Positions 1-12,787 of a DNA stretch of 64,000 nt are shown here, piece after piece; position 1 is the first letter of the stretch; every line of letters starts with the position of its first letter. The stretch lies in assembly GCF_006345805.1 (NCBI RefSeq), contig NC_043003.1, forward strand, positions 48,360,001 to 48,424,000. The letters are read 5' to 3'. The stretch is from Octopus sinensis (Eukaryota). Both the position numbers and the translations under genes were made by a program. Under the pieces are notes generated by a model. The model ran no database searches. It saw only the letters and a program-made list of their open reading frames with translations, and was not told where the DNA came from.

Positions 1-600
1 TACACAAAGTGTGCATGCTCTTACCATGAAGTGTATATTATTTTATGGCATGAGCACATAACCACATTTATGAATACATTCTGTCCATCTTTGCTTTCAT
101 AGCTCGATGCATGGTAGGCTCTGTTGGTACTGCTATAGTGCTGAAGAACAGGCTACATCATATATTGTGTTCGGAAACTTTTGCATCCTAGAACAGAACC
201 CACTCGAATTGAGGTTATTGTCAGAGACAACGAGAAATTAGGAACAACCACAGCAAATGTGGAACAGAGATATCTGCATGGTGCTGCAAAACACATCTCA
301 GTTGCAATCACTTGAAAAAGATGTGTTTTATATATGCCATCCATACATACACATATCCCAAACACTATTGCGAGATCATGGGTTCACTTCTTCAATTCTC
401 AGACTGGGTGGTGTGTTGTGTAATGAGCAAAACATTTCATCTTACATTGCTCTGCAACCACTGACATCTGGTGTGTGTCACACAGTACAGCTGTACAGGT
501 AATGTTGATTTGATCACTAAACTAATCATCTGTGCAGTTTGTTCAGCAAGAAATTGCAGAATCATCTTTCTCAGACTCAAAAGACTACCCTTATCCCAAA
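1..600 (-). pseudogene. Possible heavily decayed Tc1-like transposase fragment
   Basis: Scattered motif remnants in different frames on the minus strand (FSDQ ~ FSDE; IVFG...DG; SDNN ~ DDNA; PTE ~ PIE). Very degenerate. Confidence 0.3.
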
Positions 601-1792
601 CACACATACATACACACTCAAATGTGTGTGTGTGTCCTGAAAATGGAATGAAGAAGCATGACAAAGGGGAGGAGGAGTTGATAACCAATGCCAGTGTGGG
701 AAAGTAGACATAAAATATATATATGTAATATTTATGTAAAAACTGAGGGGCTGAGTAATGATATTTTGAAAATATTTTCAGCTTTCCATTCAAACTCTGA
801 ATTAAGGACAACCTATCTCAGCAACATTTATTTAGTAATGGGCAATAACATTACTAAGTCAGCGGTTTTGAATTTCAGTTAGACCATATTCTTGGAGTAT
901 GAGAAAGACATTAAAATAAAAAGTGTCAACTGCCAAAACCTGAGACAATATTATGAAGAACACGTTTAAATGAGATAACTCATCCAAGAGTAGAAACCAT
1001 ATTAGAAATGGTTTTTTCCAAAATCTTAATTTTGGAGTATTGGCACCTTATAGGAGGTACACAAAGATACAAAACCAAATTTATATAACAACAATGTAAT
1101 ATAGCTGTAACTGATCAAAGCAGTAGTCAATTTTTTTTTTAGCAAAAATCTTACAGCATAAAGAAAGAATCCCCTAACCAGCAGTTTGTTCAATCTTTCA
1201 TTTCTGAACTTGCATTTGGTACAAAGTATGTCAAAGCTGGCTGCATCCAATGTAATTTATACTAAATATGATGCATGCTAGAATTATCACAGGTGTCCAC
1301 AGACACACCAACCTAGATATGATAGTTTTTACTTTGTCTTTGCATTAGTCACTTGCCTAACATACTGAACGCAATAGTAGACTAAGAGAAAATGCATCAG
1401 TTTAGCAATCAAGGGCCGTTAGCTTAGTTTCAATTTCTATCAAAGGAAGACAAGGAGCTGACACTAGGAGTTACACACAAGTTAAACACAAACTAAACTG
1501 GTAAAAAGGTGCAATTAATTGAAAACTAACACAGGAAACACTTTGGAACCGAGAGTAAACACTGAAAATACACAGTAGTGAATAGAGCATTTTGAAGAAT
1601 ATGGTTTTAAGTATTAAGTTGCTTGCAGGGAAGAAAGTTAGGCAAACAGTTTAGCATATAGCAAAGTAAAAGAATATATATGTAAAAGAAAAAGAAAAAA
1701 AAAAAAGAAAAAAGAGGAAAAAAACTATTGTCACATAGTTCTATGCTGGCTGCGGTGTGCTGAGGAACAGGGCCAAAATGAACGTTACTTAC

Positions 1793-2471
1793 GAGGACAA
1801 GCAACTAGCCTAGTACATAGTCCCAATACTAGGTGACGTGACTTTTGTGAAAATGAAACCAGCAGGAGAGGTTATATTGCGTGGTCAGGGATTGACCATT
1901 GGTCAGTCGAATAATATCACGTAAAAGGTGCCATGTGTTGCACCTACACATGTTGGTATGAGAGGAGAGGGCTAGGGTTGATGGCCTTCGGACTCCTCAA
2001 TCGAGGGCTGGTTCGAAAGAATTGGTCTAGGTTAATGAGTACGGTTGTTGTAGTAGTAGTGGTAGTAGTAGTAGTAGTAAACTGGTGACAGATGTAGAAT
2101 TGGATTGGTCAGATGTAGATGTGGAGTCTAGTCTTCGGAGAGCCGTTACAATTGGTCTAGGATAACATGTACAGACGACTGACAACTGTAGCATTTGGTG
2201 TCTTTGGTAGTCTCCGCAGAGAGCAGGGGTCAGTCACTCAGCAACACTGAGTTTGTAACTCGGTGGAAAGTGAGACGCAGTAGGTCGTCCAGGAATGGAG
2301 TTGTACTGTTTGGAGACAACGGAATGCCAGATCGAAGACGCAGATCATGCGGCTGACTATGATTGGTGTGTAGCAGAAGTATCTGGTGGTAGATAGTGTG
2401 CGGAGGAGACGTGTGACGCAGTAGGAGGAGCGCCGTAGCACAGTGAGGACGCACGACTGTATGACTGATCC
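1793..2471 (-). other. GC/CpG-rich 679-nt exon-like block bounded by an acceptor (2473-2472) and a GTAAGT donor (1792-1787)
   Basis: About 25 CpG by eye versus about a dozen in 2.7-7.0 kb, and the splice signals coincide with both compositional edges. Downstream lie a long pyrimidine tract and a CCTAAC...ttcttccctgcaAG acceptor (1623-1622). Confidence 0.6.
2357..2471 (-). CDS. Candidate fourth-exon reading frame (R|DQSYSRASSLCYGAPPTASHVSSAHYLPPDTSATHQS*), giving a 150-aa protein without an RS domain; may instead be a premature-stop (poison) exon
   Basis: Acceptor tttgtctAG at 2473-2472 sits exactly at the edge of a GC-rich block. Phase-2 join to exon 3; TAG at 2359-2357. Confidence 0.55.
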
Positions 2472-5400
2472 CTAGACAAACATGGGCATACAAGCATATC
2501 AAGTAAATGGCAAAGCAAAACCTAAATCCATGGATGTCATAAAGGTGGTCACTTAACCACCAGCTGACGACAGAAATACTATATTTTACACTGGCTGCAG
2601 GGATCATAGTGGAAATTAGTTTTAGCCAAAATGGAGAGCTTCTAAATAGTGTCAATAAATTATTCTACAATTGGGGGGTGGGGTGAAAAATATTTCTTTG
2701 GTTATAAACATCTTTGAAAAGTACTTCCCTGTTCAGTTACCTATAAACTTGATTAGATGGTAAGAGTAAATATTTTGATATTTGTTTTAATTAAACATTA
2801 TAATTACAGACAACTTTACTGAATATCAGCATGATGATTGCACACATCAGCTTTTGGAGAGAAAGGCTGTTTTCTTTTTTTTTTGTCTTTGCGTATGTGA
2901 TAGACTGCATCTATTGATGTATAAGTGTGGAATAAGCCAAAGAAATAATACTCAGTGTCTTAGGGTATAACCAATAATGATTTCTAATGTAAGCATATTG
3001 CTTAGGGAAAGAGAATGTGTGATGTTCATGCTTTTCTCAATTGATGAATTAATTCAAAAGCAATTATTTTAAAATCAGTATCATACTAGTGAATGTACTG
3101 GTGGAAAATTGATTCCAATACTATGGTCTTTTGCTTAGGCAGAATACAGATAGTTGCAAAGGCAAAGTTTTGTTTGTTAGAGGATTCACACCAGCCAACA
3201 ACAAACCAATGAAAAAGCATTTATTTTTGCTAAGCTGCTTAGATATAGCAGCCAAACTTCCCTTAAATCACACTTTGCTGTCTTAGAAAAATAAAAGGAC
3301 ACAGAAGATAATGTAGTCCAAGGTAGAATGGCCACAACTGGAATGCCTTTCATTACAGATCTATTTAATCAGAATGGACATGAAGCTAAACAGCACTCAA
3401 AGAATAACAGTTTAAGTGTTTTTCATGTCTAGATTCCTGCTTCTCATGTAAATGTTACTACCCTACCTAAGCTTTACAACTCTTCCTTTCCAGGTTGGCT
3501 GCAGCACATTCAACTACCACCTATATACGGCTAACAAACTTATTCAAGCTAAATTCTTATTTCAATCATAATAACAATCCAGACACTAGTTTATAACCAA
3601 AAAAAGAAAGGAATAAAAAGAAAGAAAACTTCAGTACAAAGAGTTAGAAGAGTGGGGGAGATTCCATGCAACCAGTGTAACAAAATCTAGAAATAATATA
3701 GTTGGAATTCACTGTACTTAATGCTTCACTTTGGATAAAAAAGAAACAAATTACAAACAAAAAAATTACAAGTTTTCATTTACAACCAAATAAAAAAAAA
3801 TTGTATATTTTTTGAGTATATTATTTCTCATATCAGAACAGTACCTGCAATAAAAAGTGTACAGATTACTAATCAAAGAATATAGATAAGTAATAGACTT
3901 GTGATAAAGTAATTTGAAACAACATATGGGACCAGAAGCCCTGGGGAGTCGATTTTAGAATCTAGAGTTCAAAGTTTCCCAGTGAAATTGACTTTTGTAG
4001 AACTTTGCACTAAAGGAGATTAAGAATTATATAGTCAAATGTGATGATGAACAATCCAATATCATTAGAAAGAAATTATTTTATGACAATGCCAACATGG
4101 AATTTAAAGTTCTTCCCACTGAATTTAATGAATTAAATGGTGATAAAATTAGCATTAAAATTCCTTTAAATTTTTCTGAAAACTAGGAGATATTTCAGAT
4201 ATTGTAAACCCAGTAATTTAGCTAAATTAACAACAGAATACACCCCAACTCCTCAAAAAAAATTTAAGTTAAATTATTTTCTCAATGGAATGATTGTTAT
4301 TCTCTTAGAAAATATAAGATGTAAATAATTGTGACAGAAATACTTAAAGGTGTTAATAGACTAAAATTACTATGAGTAAAATTTTGTCTAAAATATTGTC
4401 CTGAAATTGATTTCTAACACACAGTTCTCAATAATAAAGAAAAGCATTTTAGTTACTAGACAACTAGAACTCACTGGAAGTCGCTTAGGTCAGTAATTAA
4501 AAAATTTCATGGGTTTGTTAACCTATAAATCACACACATCTGTGGAAGTGAAGTCCAAAGAATAAAAGTCATCATGCTGATTTGAAAGTTGAGAAATTTG
4601 TCAAAGAAGAATACACAAACCAACAACACAACATCGACAGAAATGCAAGAGAATATTTCATACATAAATGAACTGAACTTAAAAGAAAAATACTGTAACC
4701 TTTTTAATCTAAATATATGTCAGACAAGATATTCTAAATTTTGGTAACATTTACATGCAAAAGTTTAAACTAATTATTGTTCAGTTAAAATAAAACTATA
4801 TCCACAGCAGACATAACTGTAGTCTGCATTCTATCAGAGCATCCATTAGTGTGTTGACATGTCTGCAGGCCTAGGAAAACATGAATATTTCCAACATAAA
4901 GAACTCTGGCCAAAAACAGAATCTTATATTCCCAGGTTTCCCCGCTCTCTCTCTCTCTCACTGGCACATGTCAATCCAAACACACACACACATCTGTTTT
5001 TGGTTATGGGGAAGTAAAATGCTATTTTTCCATGGTCTAGAAATGCATACCGAGGAAAGATCCTTTTTTAAAGTAGTTTTTCCTCATTAGTGGGGGGAGG
5101 GAGTTGTGAAGATTAAAAAAAGTCGACAAATTGCCATGTTTAATAAAATAAACAGAATTCCCAACTTTTTAAACTTGTTTAAACCTCTTTGAAGAAAGAA
5201 GAATGGTATCAATGTAAATTCTAGTTTGTCTTCTCATTAATGATGAAGGAGACAAGGGCAAAAAAACTTTCGTTAATAGTTTGGTGGTATTTGTCATTTT
5301 GAAAATCAAGCCTTAAAATAATATCTAACTGAAGACTAGGTTTAGGATATTCAAGAAAAATTGATACACAAGAACCAAATCCCCCCCAAATCCTCACTTT

Positions 5401-7071
5401 TATTCAGCTGAAGCAATTTATGAATACTGATCAATAGGATTTGACCCATTCTTATCAGTCACAAGCTTTTATCTGCAAACAAAGTATTAATTGCAGGCTA
5501 ATAAAAGCTAATTTGAAATGTAAACCTGATAAAGTCTTTAAAAACATTTTTGGAATTCTGTTGCTAATTTCAGTTGGTAATTTAGATGTAAAGCCAATAG
5601 TAACTATTAAAAAATCATTTAAGCCAATTATACTATTCAATAATGGAGAAAAATGCCAAGAAGGAATGGAAGCAGTTTTAAGAATGTCACTAACCAATAA
5701 GAATTTCACTACCCAATATAAGGAGATGGTCTCTCCTCACTGCCCCAGGTGGCAGTGAACAGCTACAAGTACATAACTGAATACTTTTATTAGGCTACAT
5801 TGGTGCACTCCAAACAATTTACAGTGGTGTGAAAAAAAGTCTTGACAAGTTACCTTAATGTAACACTTAATGTCAAATTGTTAAATGCATATTCACTGAA
5901 ACAAGACATTTTACGTTCAAAGCTATGAGAAATGACACCAGCACCTTCAAATAAATTTCAATACAACTAAAAAAAACGTTACTTCAAAACAATACACTAC
6001 AAGTAGTCTCACCATTCAAAACCACTTAGAAAATGTATGAAAGTATCAGCCTCTCACATTTCATATATATGTCCCTCCTCTCAATGTAATTTGAATTAGT
6101 TTTGGCACAAAATATTTAAATTTTTATGTTCTAGCAACATACCTCAGCTAAGGATAGTTTACAGTCAGAAAAATGTATTTTGTAAAAAGTGTGTTCCAGC
6201 TAATTAAACCACCTAGCAAGCATATATACAACCTTTACTCAAGAATCTAGACAATATCTCTTGAGAGAAAATCCATGGTGAGTGAAAGCAATTTTTAGGT
6301 TGACCTTAGCATCAGAATTTTTACTAAATTAACACAGAATTATTGTAGAAGCCTTACTGCAATTTTTATAGAAAAGTGAGACAGTTAAAGAGAGTGGAAC
6401 TATCTCAACAAATATAATTGAAAACAAAAAAGTTGAGATAGATTTAATCTGTTATCATCAACAGTGTAAATAATGAGAAATATGTAACATCATACAGAAG
6501 AGTAACTACTTTATGTAACTCTTGATTTATCAATTTATTCAAAGTATTTTAGAATAAATTAAAATATTATGGTACAGTATCTGTAAATATCAATATTTAC
6601 ATGGAACTGCAGCTAAACATTAAATAGTGAACAGAGATTTTGTGGAATTACAGCTGAAGAGTAAATGGTAATAAAATTTTACAGACTTGAAGTTAATGGT
6701 AGAGTAAGTGAGCTAAATGGTTGGGATAAACTTACTACATCAAGAGGTATTATAGAGCTTTATCCACCTGAGAGAATCTAAGAATATCATAACCAATAAT
6801 ATCTCACGACAGACTGCTCTACACACATATCAGATGATCCATTAGTGAGCAGTCACTCACAAACACTCAGTTACTTCCATGTAAAAAAAAAAAAATGTTC
6901 AGGCAGAGCTGACAGGAGCTAATTAGCAGCATCAGCCAGCCATCCTAAAAATACCATATTCATTGAAGCCATATCAGATATGAAAAAATGCTGACATGGT
7001 TAGATGTAATCATAAATAACAGCGAAAAAGATTTAAGTTGACCTTTTCTTAGCATTCATAATCAGCATTAA

Positions 7072-7281
7072 CCCTTATATTCAGATTACTGTCAAATATA
7101 ATGCTTATTTATTCACATATTGTTTTGAATTAATCTGGTATTGTCTCAGCTTTGAGACCTCTAAGATGTGAATGTTTATTTTTAGAATGTCATTGTCAGG
7201 TAGGTGTGAGAGGCCATATCTGGCTAGTTTGAATATAAAACAATATTTTGGCTGGATATGGTAGGTTTAAATGCTAACGAC
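7072..7281 (+). mobile_element. Decayed piggyBac-like MITE (TTAA|CCC...|TTAA family)
   Basis: Starts ttaa-ccctt and ends atgctaacgac-ttaa. It is the reverse complement of the 3' part of the element at 21912-22277. Confidence 0.55.
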
Positions 7282-7813
7282 TTAAAGCCCTTTCAAAGCA
7301 CACATTATTAAGCATGTTTACATGACTGTCTTAAAGCATTTATGCAGTCCAACCCATGGCAGCATGGACAATGGATGTTAAATGATGATGCATGGTCTGT
7401 GTGAATCTACTTATTTAATGTTTCTTAAATAGCAGTATTTAACAAACTAAAGTCTCTGTTTGTTACTTTGAACATCATTTCATTTACAGCTAGCACAGAT
7501 TTCATAATCACACAAATAAACCAATAGTCCTTGTCATATGAAGTGTGAATTTGTCACAGTTGTTAAGGATAAAGTGTCACTACTGACAAGGTAGCATTAA
7601 GTTACATAAGTTTTTGTTTTTTTTAACCTAACATGAGATAATGTACCAGGCTCGTTATGCTCTTAGTTGGTATTTTTAGTTAGTAATTATCCTTTCTGGA
7701 ACCACAATGATCCATTTAGAGAAAGAGCTCACTAATATATACATTTGCTATTTTTGAGTTAGAAAGATGAAAGGATTTTTTCAAAAAATTTATAAATACT
7801 TTTCTGCCTACTC

Positions 7814-8110
7814 ATTCATCATCATTTAACATCCATTGTCCATGCTGGCATAGGTTGGATGGTTTGACCAGGGCTGGCAAGCTGGAAGGCTGCACCAGGT
7901 TCCAGTCTGTTTTGACATGGTTTCTACAGCTAGATACACTTCCTAATGCCAACCACTCAGAGCGTAACGGATTTTTTTTACGTGCCACCGGTGTCTGCCA
8001 TGACTGCAGATTTGGCTTGATGGGTCTTCTCAAGCACAGCATAATGCCAAATGGGACTCAGTCATTGCCTCCTCAAGGCCCAACACTCCAAGCCCGGCAT
8101 AGTGCCACAT
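7814..8110 (-). mobile_element. RTE-LINE-type 3'-tail repeat with (GAT)n tail
   Basis: catcatcatttaacatcc...ccatgctggcat...ggctgcaccagg...ttcctaatgccaaccactc is shared with copies at 17694, 35005, 50686, 57845, 58895 and 62865. Confidence 0.7.
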
Positions 8111-9195
8111 GGTCTGAACAATTTATATACACAAATTTTAAACTGCTTTATTTTGTATCTCGTAAAAATAGCTCCAAGTCTTGCCATTCTCTACTTGCAA
8201 TTGTGGTGACAACAGCATAAAATAGAGTTGAGTCTACAAACTAGATTCATGGAAACTATGCAAAATAGGTAGATGCATGGAAGTCCTATATACTGCTCTC
8301 CAAGTTATTCCCCAAATCACAAAAAGATTCATCAATTACAAGAAGTACTTCAATCTAAACACTGTATCAAATAAAGGAATGCCAACCTTTAAAATTGTAA
8401 AGGAATAAATATTAGACATACCTAAAGGGAGTTTATTACACAATCACTTTTATGTAACTGAAATGAATGCTCAACAAAATGAAACCAGAGATAATGAAAC
8501 CAGAGATATAGTCAACTTCTAGATTGTACATGGGAATCTCCAAGCTTAAACTGGCTTACTGTCACATGAATGCAAATGATTTATTGATTAACCAAACATT
8601 CAGTTATATTAACCAACTACAACATAAATAATTTAATTTGCATGAAGGGGGGGGGGGGTAGACAAAGTGTAATGGTGAGAATTTGCATGGTGAATGTTAT
8701 AACTTCTCTACAAGTCCTTTTTTTTTCCCTTTCTAAAATCCTTCACTTCTGAAATCCAAATGCAGTAAGAAAATTAAGAACTCTAAGATAAGAGTAAGCC
8801 TAATTAGCTAAATTACTGAACTATTCTAAACAAGTGAACTGTCAGGAAAAAAAAAGCATGTTTTGTAGTCTCATGTTGGTTCATATTTGACTATTTAATC
8901 CAATATCATAACAGCTAGCAACTGGAATAGAAACTAATTACAACCCAATTGTTTGGTCAACTAAACATTTTCATCAAATATTCTTAACTGGAGACAAATT
9001 TTTAGTGATAAATTCAAGTAATTATACATAAAACTGTATTTGACACACACACATCTGAACCATATGCACACAACCTCACATATGTAAATATTAAGGCAAG
9101 AACATATGCATGTACCTTTTTTATATTAATAAAAAATATATATATAGGTAAAAAAATAGAATGTTGAAGAAATTTACAGTTATGGATATACATAC

Positions 9196-9309
9196 CGACG
9201 CCAATGGCCTCCAGAATGACCCATGCCTCTCCGTCTAGAATTTCCTCTTGGTTTCCTTGTTTGGTATGGACGAGCATGTTCTACACGAACTCTTCGACCA
9301 CTAACAGAT
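9196..9309 (-). CDS. Third coding exon (114 nt; R|SVSGRRVRVEHARPYQTRKPRGNSRRRGMGHSGGHWR|R): end of RRM plus Arg/Gly-rich linker
   Basis: Acceptor tctctctcttttttttgaAG, donor TCG|GTATGT, phase 2-2. GRRVRVE matches the RRM beta4 strand of SRSF3/7 (GCRVRVE). Confidence 0.93.
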
Positions 9310-10537
9310 CTTCAAAAAAAGAGAGAGATTCAAGCAAAGTTTAAGTAAATTATGAGTTAACAAGAAATTATAGCATTAAATAATTGAGAGAGAGAGTGTG
9401 TGCATTCTGTCGATATTTCAGATCCCTAACCCTATAGCCACTGTTCCTCAACCATTACGTGTATTTCCTCCTAGTTCTCTATATAAATGCTAGGTATCCA
9501 TTGATAAAATCATACTCGTTAACCTCAAGTTATAAAACCAGTAAGTGATAGCACTGAGTTAAAAAAGTAAACAAATTCACTTAATTGGCATTTGTTTAAG
9601 ACAGGAATATGATATGGTGATTCTCAGTGAATCCTTTTCTCTCTCATTTCTTAATTTCACATCTGTTTCTACTATATTTGCAAACGTTTCATTGAATATG
9701 TATAAACATAATTGCTTCTGTGAAATCTGTCGCCTTATGTGACATTTTATTAATTTTCTTTAAACTTGACAAATGATTTACTTTAGCATTTTTTTCTTCT
9801 TGCAGCTGACAAAAATAACTTCCAAGTATTAATTCATTTGAAATGATTTTCCTCCACACAGGTAAATGGAGATTCAAATCTATTGTTACCCCAGCATTTA
9901 TCCACATCCAATTCTTAATTGTTTGCTTTCTCTCAACGACATTCCCGGTTGATTCCACTCAGAATATATTGGCTTGAAAACAGTTTACAATTTTGTAAGC
10001 CTAAAAAATAATTACTTAATTTAGGTGATGATCTGCTGTTAAGATATTCAAGATTTCATGTTTACCATTATTAGCTCCTACATTCAAATTCAAATCTCAC
10101 AAGTAACAGTTTTTACCTCTCAAGCATTCAGAGTGAAAATACATACTAAACATGAACTAGAATAACCACTTTTTATTTAAAAAAAAAAAACATCTTCAAA
10201 TTTGTGGTACTCTGTCAACACAAAAAAAATCACTTCATGCCATTGTCATAATATCCATGCTTACACGGAGGGAAATAAAATTTTCAGAACAAATTTTCTA
10301 CAACCAGATATGATTCCTAGCTCCAAGTAAGATATTATTTCCTCATGACTAGACATGTTCTCAATAAAGAATTGAAAAAAGGACACCGCTAGCATAGGAA
10401 TGACATTCATTTACAATTACCAAGCAAAGGCAAGAAGACTGTAACACACACACTCTTATGCACAGAGTCATCCAACCTGTACCAGCTTGGATCATGAATG
10501 TTAAATGATGATGATGATGTGTGTGTATGGCCATGAT

Positions 10538-10710
10538 CATGATGATAAAATAATGGGCTTCTTTCAGTTTCTATCAACCAAATCCATTCACAAGATTTTG
10601 TTGGCCAGCAGCTATAGTCAAAAACTCCTGCCCAAGGAATCCACGCAGTGGAACTGAACCTGAAACCATGCTGTTGAGAAACAAACTTAACCCACAGCCA
10701 CATGCATGTA
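10538..10710 (-). mobile_element. Partial tRNA-derived SINE
   Basis: Similar to the full copies at 22752 and 36422 (cttctttcagttt...ccaaatcc...gcagtggaactgaacc). Confidence 0.6.
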
Positions 10711-11633
10711 TGTATGTATGTACGTACACACATACACCAAGTCAGACAGGCATGCAATGGATTATTCAAGGAAATCTTCTCTGATGCAATCTACTTAGTT
10801 TTTCTTCATATATTTCCTACAAAAACATGATGACGAGTAACTTCTCAAATGTTATTACCATTATTGAAGTGTGATTTCAACTGTTTTAAACTGCATTGGA
10901 AATGGGTATTTAGCAACATCTGTAAAGATTTTTATTATTGCAAGAATGCTTTTTAGGTTTTCTTACAAATGTATTTTGTTTAGTAACTTCTTAAGACAAA
11001 CATAGGAAGCCATCTGTGTAGTTTCCCTCATTTCTGTCTCCAATAATGTACAAAGAAACATCCTTATTATATTTTACTGTTGAACATTAAAATACATTAG
11101 TTATTGCAGCCATCCAGTTTTAGTTTTTTCTTTGCCTGGTTACAAACCATATCAGGAATATTAGCCAGCCTTTAGTTCCTCATATTATATCATTAACTTT
11201 TTTCAAGCTATAGTTTCAAATCAAGTCAGCTAATAAAGCAAGAGATTATGCGACTTTGTATACCTTTCTTTTACAAGCTACTTCAAGACAAGATTAAAGC
11301 ATTCAATGATGCAGGTTATTTTGTCTTTTAAAACATAGAGCTGATTCAGTAACTCTATGCTCAAATCAATCCTATCCTGAGATGAAAAACCATTACCTAA
11401 AAGCAAGACTTCAACCATAAAATTCCAGCGAGATCACTACACAATAAGATTAACTTTCATTATTTCACTCTTTGTTAATAGCTCAACACTTTCTGAGTAT
11501 AATACAATAAAATAGCCTGAAATTCAGACAAAACCATTTTCACAATTTGAATATTATTTGAGTAGCTTATACAATAAATTTCTGAATTAACATTTGCAAC
11601 TGTAAGGTATGACAGAAACATAAAACTCCTTAC

Positions 11634-11711
11634 CTGCCATCAAGGTCTCTGACAGCGCGTTCAGCATCTTCTGGGTATTTGAAAACCAAAAATGCAAATC
11701 CTGGTGGGTTT
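11634..11711 (-). CDS. Second coding exon (78 nt; R|NPPGFAFLVFKYPEDAERAVRDLDG|R, RNP1 motif)
   Basis: Acceptor tgtatttAG, donor CAG|GTAAGG, phase 2-2. It continues the frame of exon 1 to give the diagnostic RNPPGFAF of the SRSF3/7 family. Confidence 0.95.
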
Positions 11712-12629
11712 CTAAATACAATAAAAAATTTATAGTAAAAAATAGAATGAAAAATTAAAACTGATGTGTAATAAAAGCAAAACAACAAAAAAAAATAACC
11801 ATCAAAAGAAGAATGTTGTAATATTAAACACTAGCAATATCAAAGAATCCTGAATCAAATGTGGAGATGCTGCCAGTGTGAGTGTGTGTGTAGGTTTTAT
11901 TTAGGCCAGGAAGAAGCAATGTCCATGATCTTTGAAATGTCCCTCCCAAACTGAGGGATGTCTGTAGAGAAATCATGGGCATGGAGGAAGGAAGGGAGAT
12001 CAAGATGGCTTTACGCCAGGAAAGAGAAGATGGAACAAAGTGTTTAGCATGGGATTTAGGAATAACACACAACAGAGGAGAAAAAGAGAAGCAAATGAGT
12101 TGGATGGGTCTAGTCTTGCCAATTCCAAAGAGCAGACATAGTTTTAGCAGAAGGGATAGAATGAACTAACAGGGCAATAGTGTGTTTTTTAGTGAATGAA
12201 CCTTGATGGTTTTCTTTTAGATGTGGTCCTAAATATGTGTGTGCGGCAGCAGCTTGATGATTCCAGGTGTAATCTCAATGCTAATGTTAATATTACCTCT
12301 TCAAAAGTACAGCAAATAGCAGCACTTCCAAGATAGTTAAACAATAGATAGCAATATAAGAAATGGAATGAGACAATGTTTAGAAAAGACATTAGGTCTT
12401 TTACCACTTTCAAATTATTCTTGCCACAGACAAATTTTTGAGTAAAGAGAACAGCTCTGGAGTTAAAAGGACAGCAACATTTCATATCAATTAATTACAC
12501 TTCTGTTATTGTTTAGTCTTCATTAAATGTGGTGATAATGGCAGATGACACGATTGCAGACAAGCTAACATTTGATGATGACCCACAGAATTAATCAGGT
12601 CCAACATGTCAGGCTCAGTTGAAACTTAC

Positions 12630-12787
12630 CGGTCAGTTAGCTTTCTAGTTACGAATTGTATTTCTGATGTTGGTGCTTAGTATTGTTGCTATTGCTGGTA
12701 TTAGTAATGTTGCTGTGGTGGTGGTAATGGTGGTAGTAGTAGTAGAGGTGGTGGTAATAGTGGTGGTGGTAGTAGTAGTTGGTATTG
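12630..12787 (-). other. Candidate 158-nt poison cassette exon in intron 1
   Basis: TACTAAG branch-like motif (12817-12811), cttgtttcttcattCAG acceptor (12790-12788) and CCG|GTAAGT donor (12630/12629). In-frame TAA at 12651-12649 when spliced after exon 1; length is not a multiple of 3. Confidence 0.65.

Noticed and set aside
827-832. AATAAA on the minus strand as the gene's poly(A) signal
   Set aside because: Expected by chance in AT-rich DNA; the 3' end of the gene is unresolved.
1470-1621. Possible alternative coding exon after the 1622 acceptor
   Set aside because: Joined to exon 3 it gives a hydrophobic, AT-rich peptide with no RS character; at most UTR.
2270-2460. Plus-strand RS-like codon runs (RRSRSSR, DRRRRS) suggesting an inverted RS domain
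   Set aside because: Short, interrupted by stops, and on the wrong strand for the gene.
2230-2655. 141-aa minus-strand ORF and the overlapping 67-aa ORF
   Set aside because: Neither frame matches the phase-2 join from exon 3 at the 2471 acceptor; no recognisable domain; open frames are expected in GC-richer sequence.
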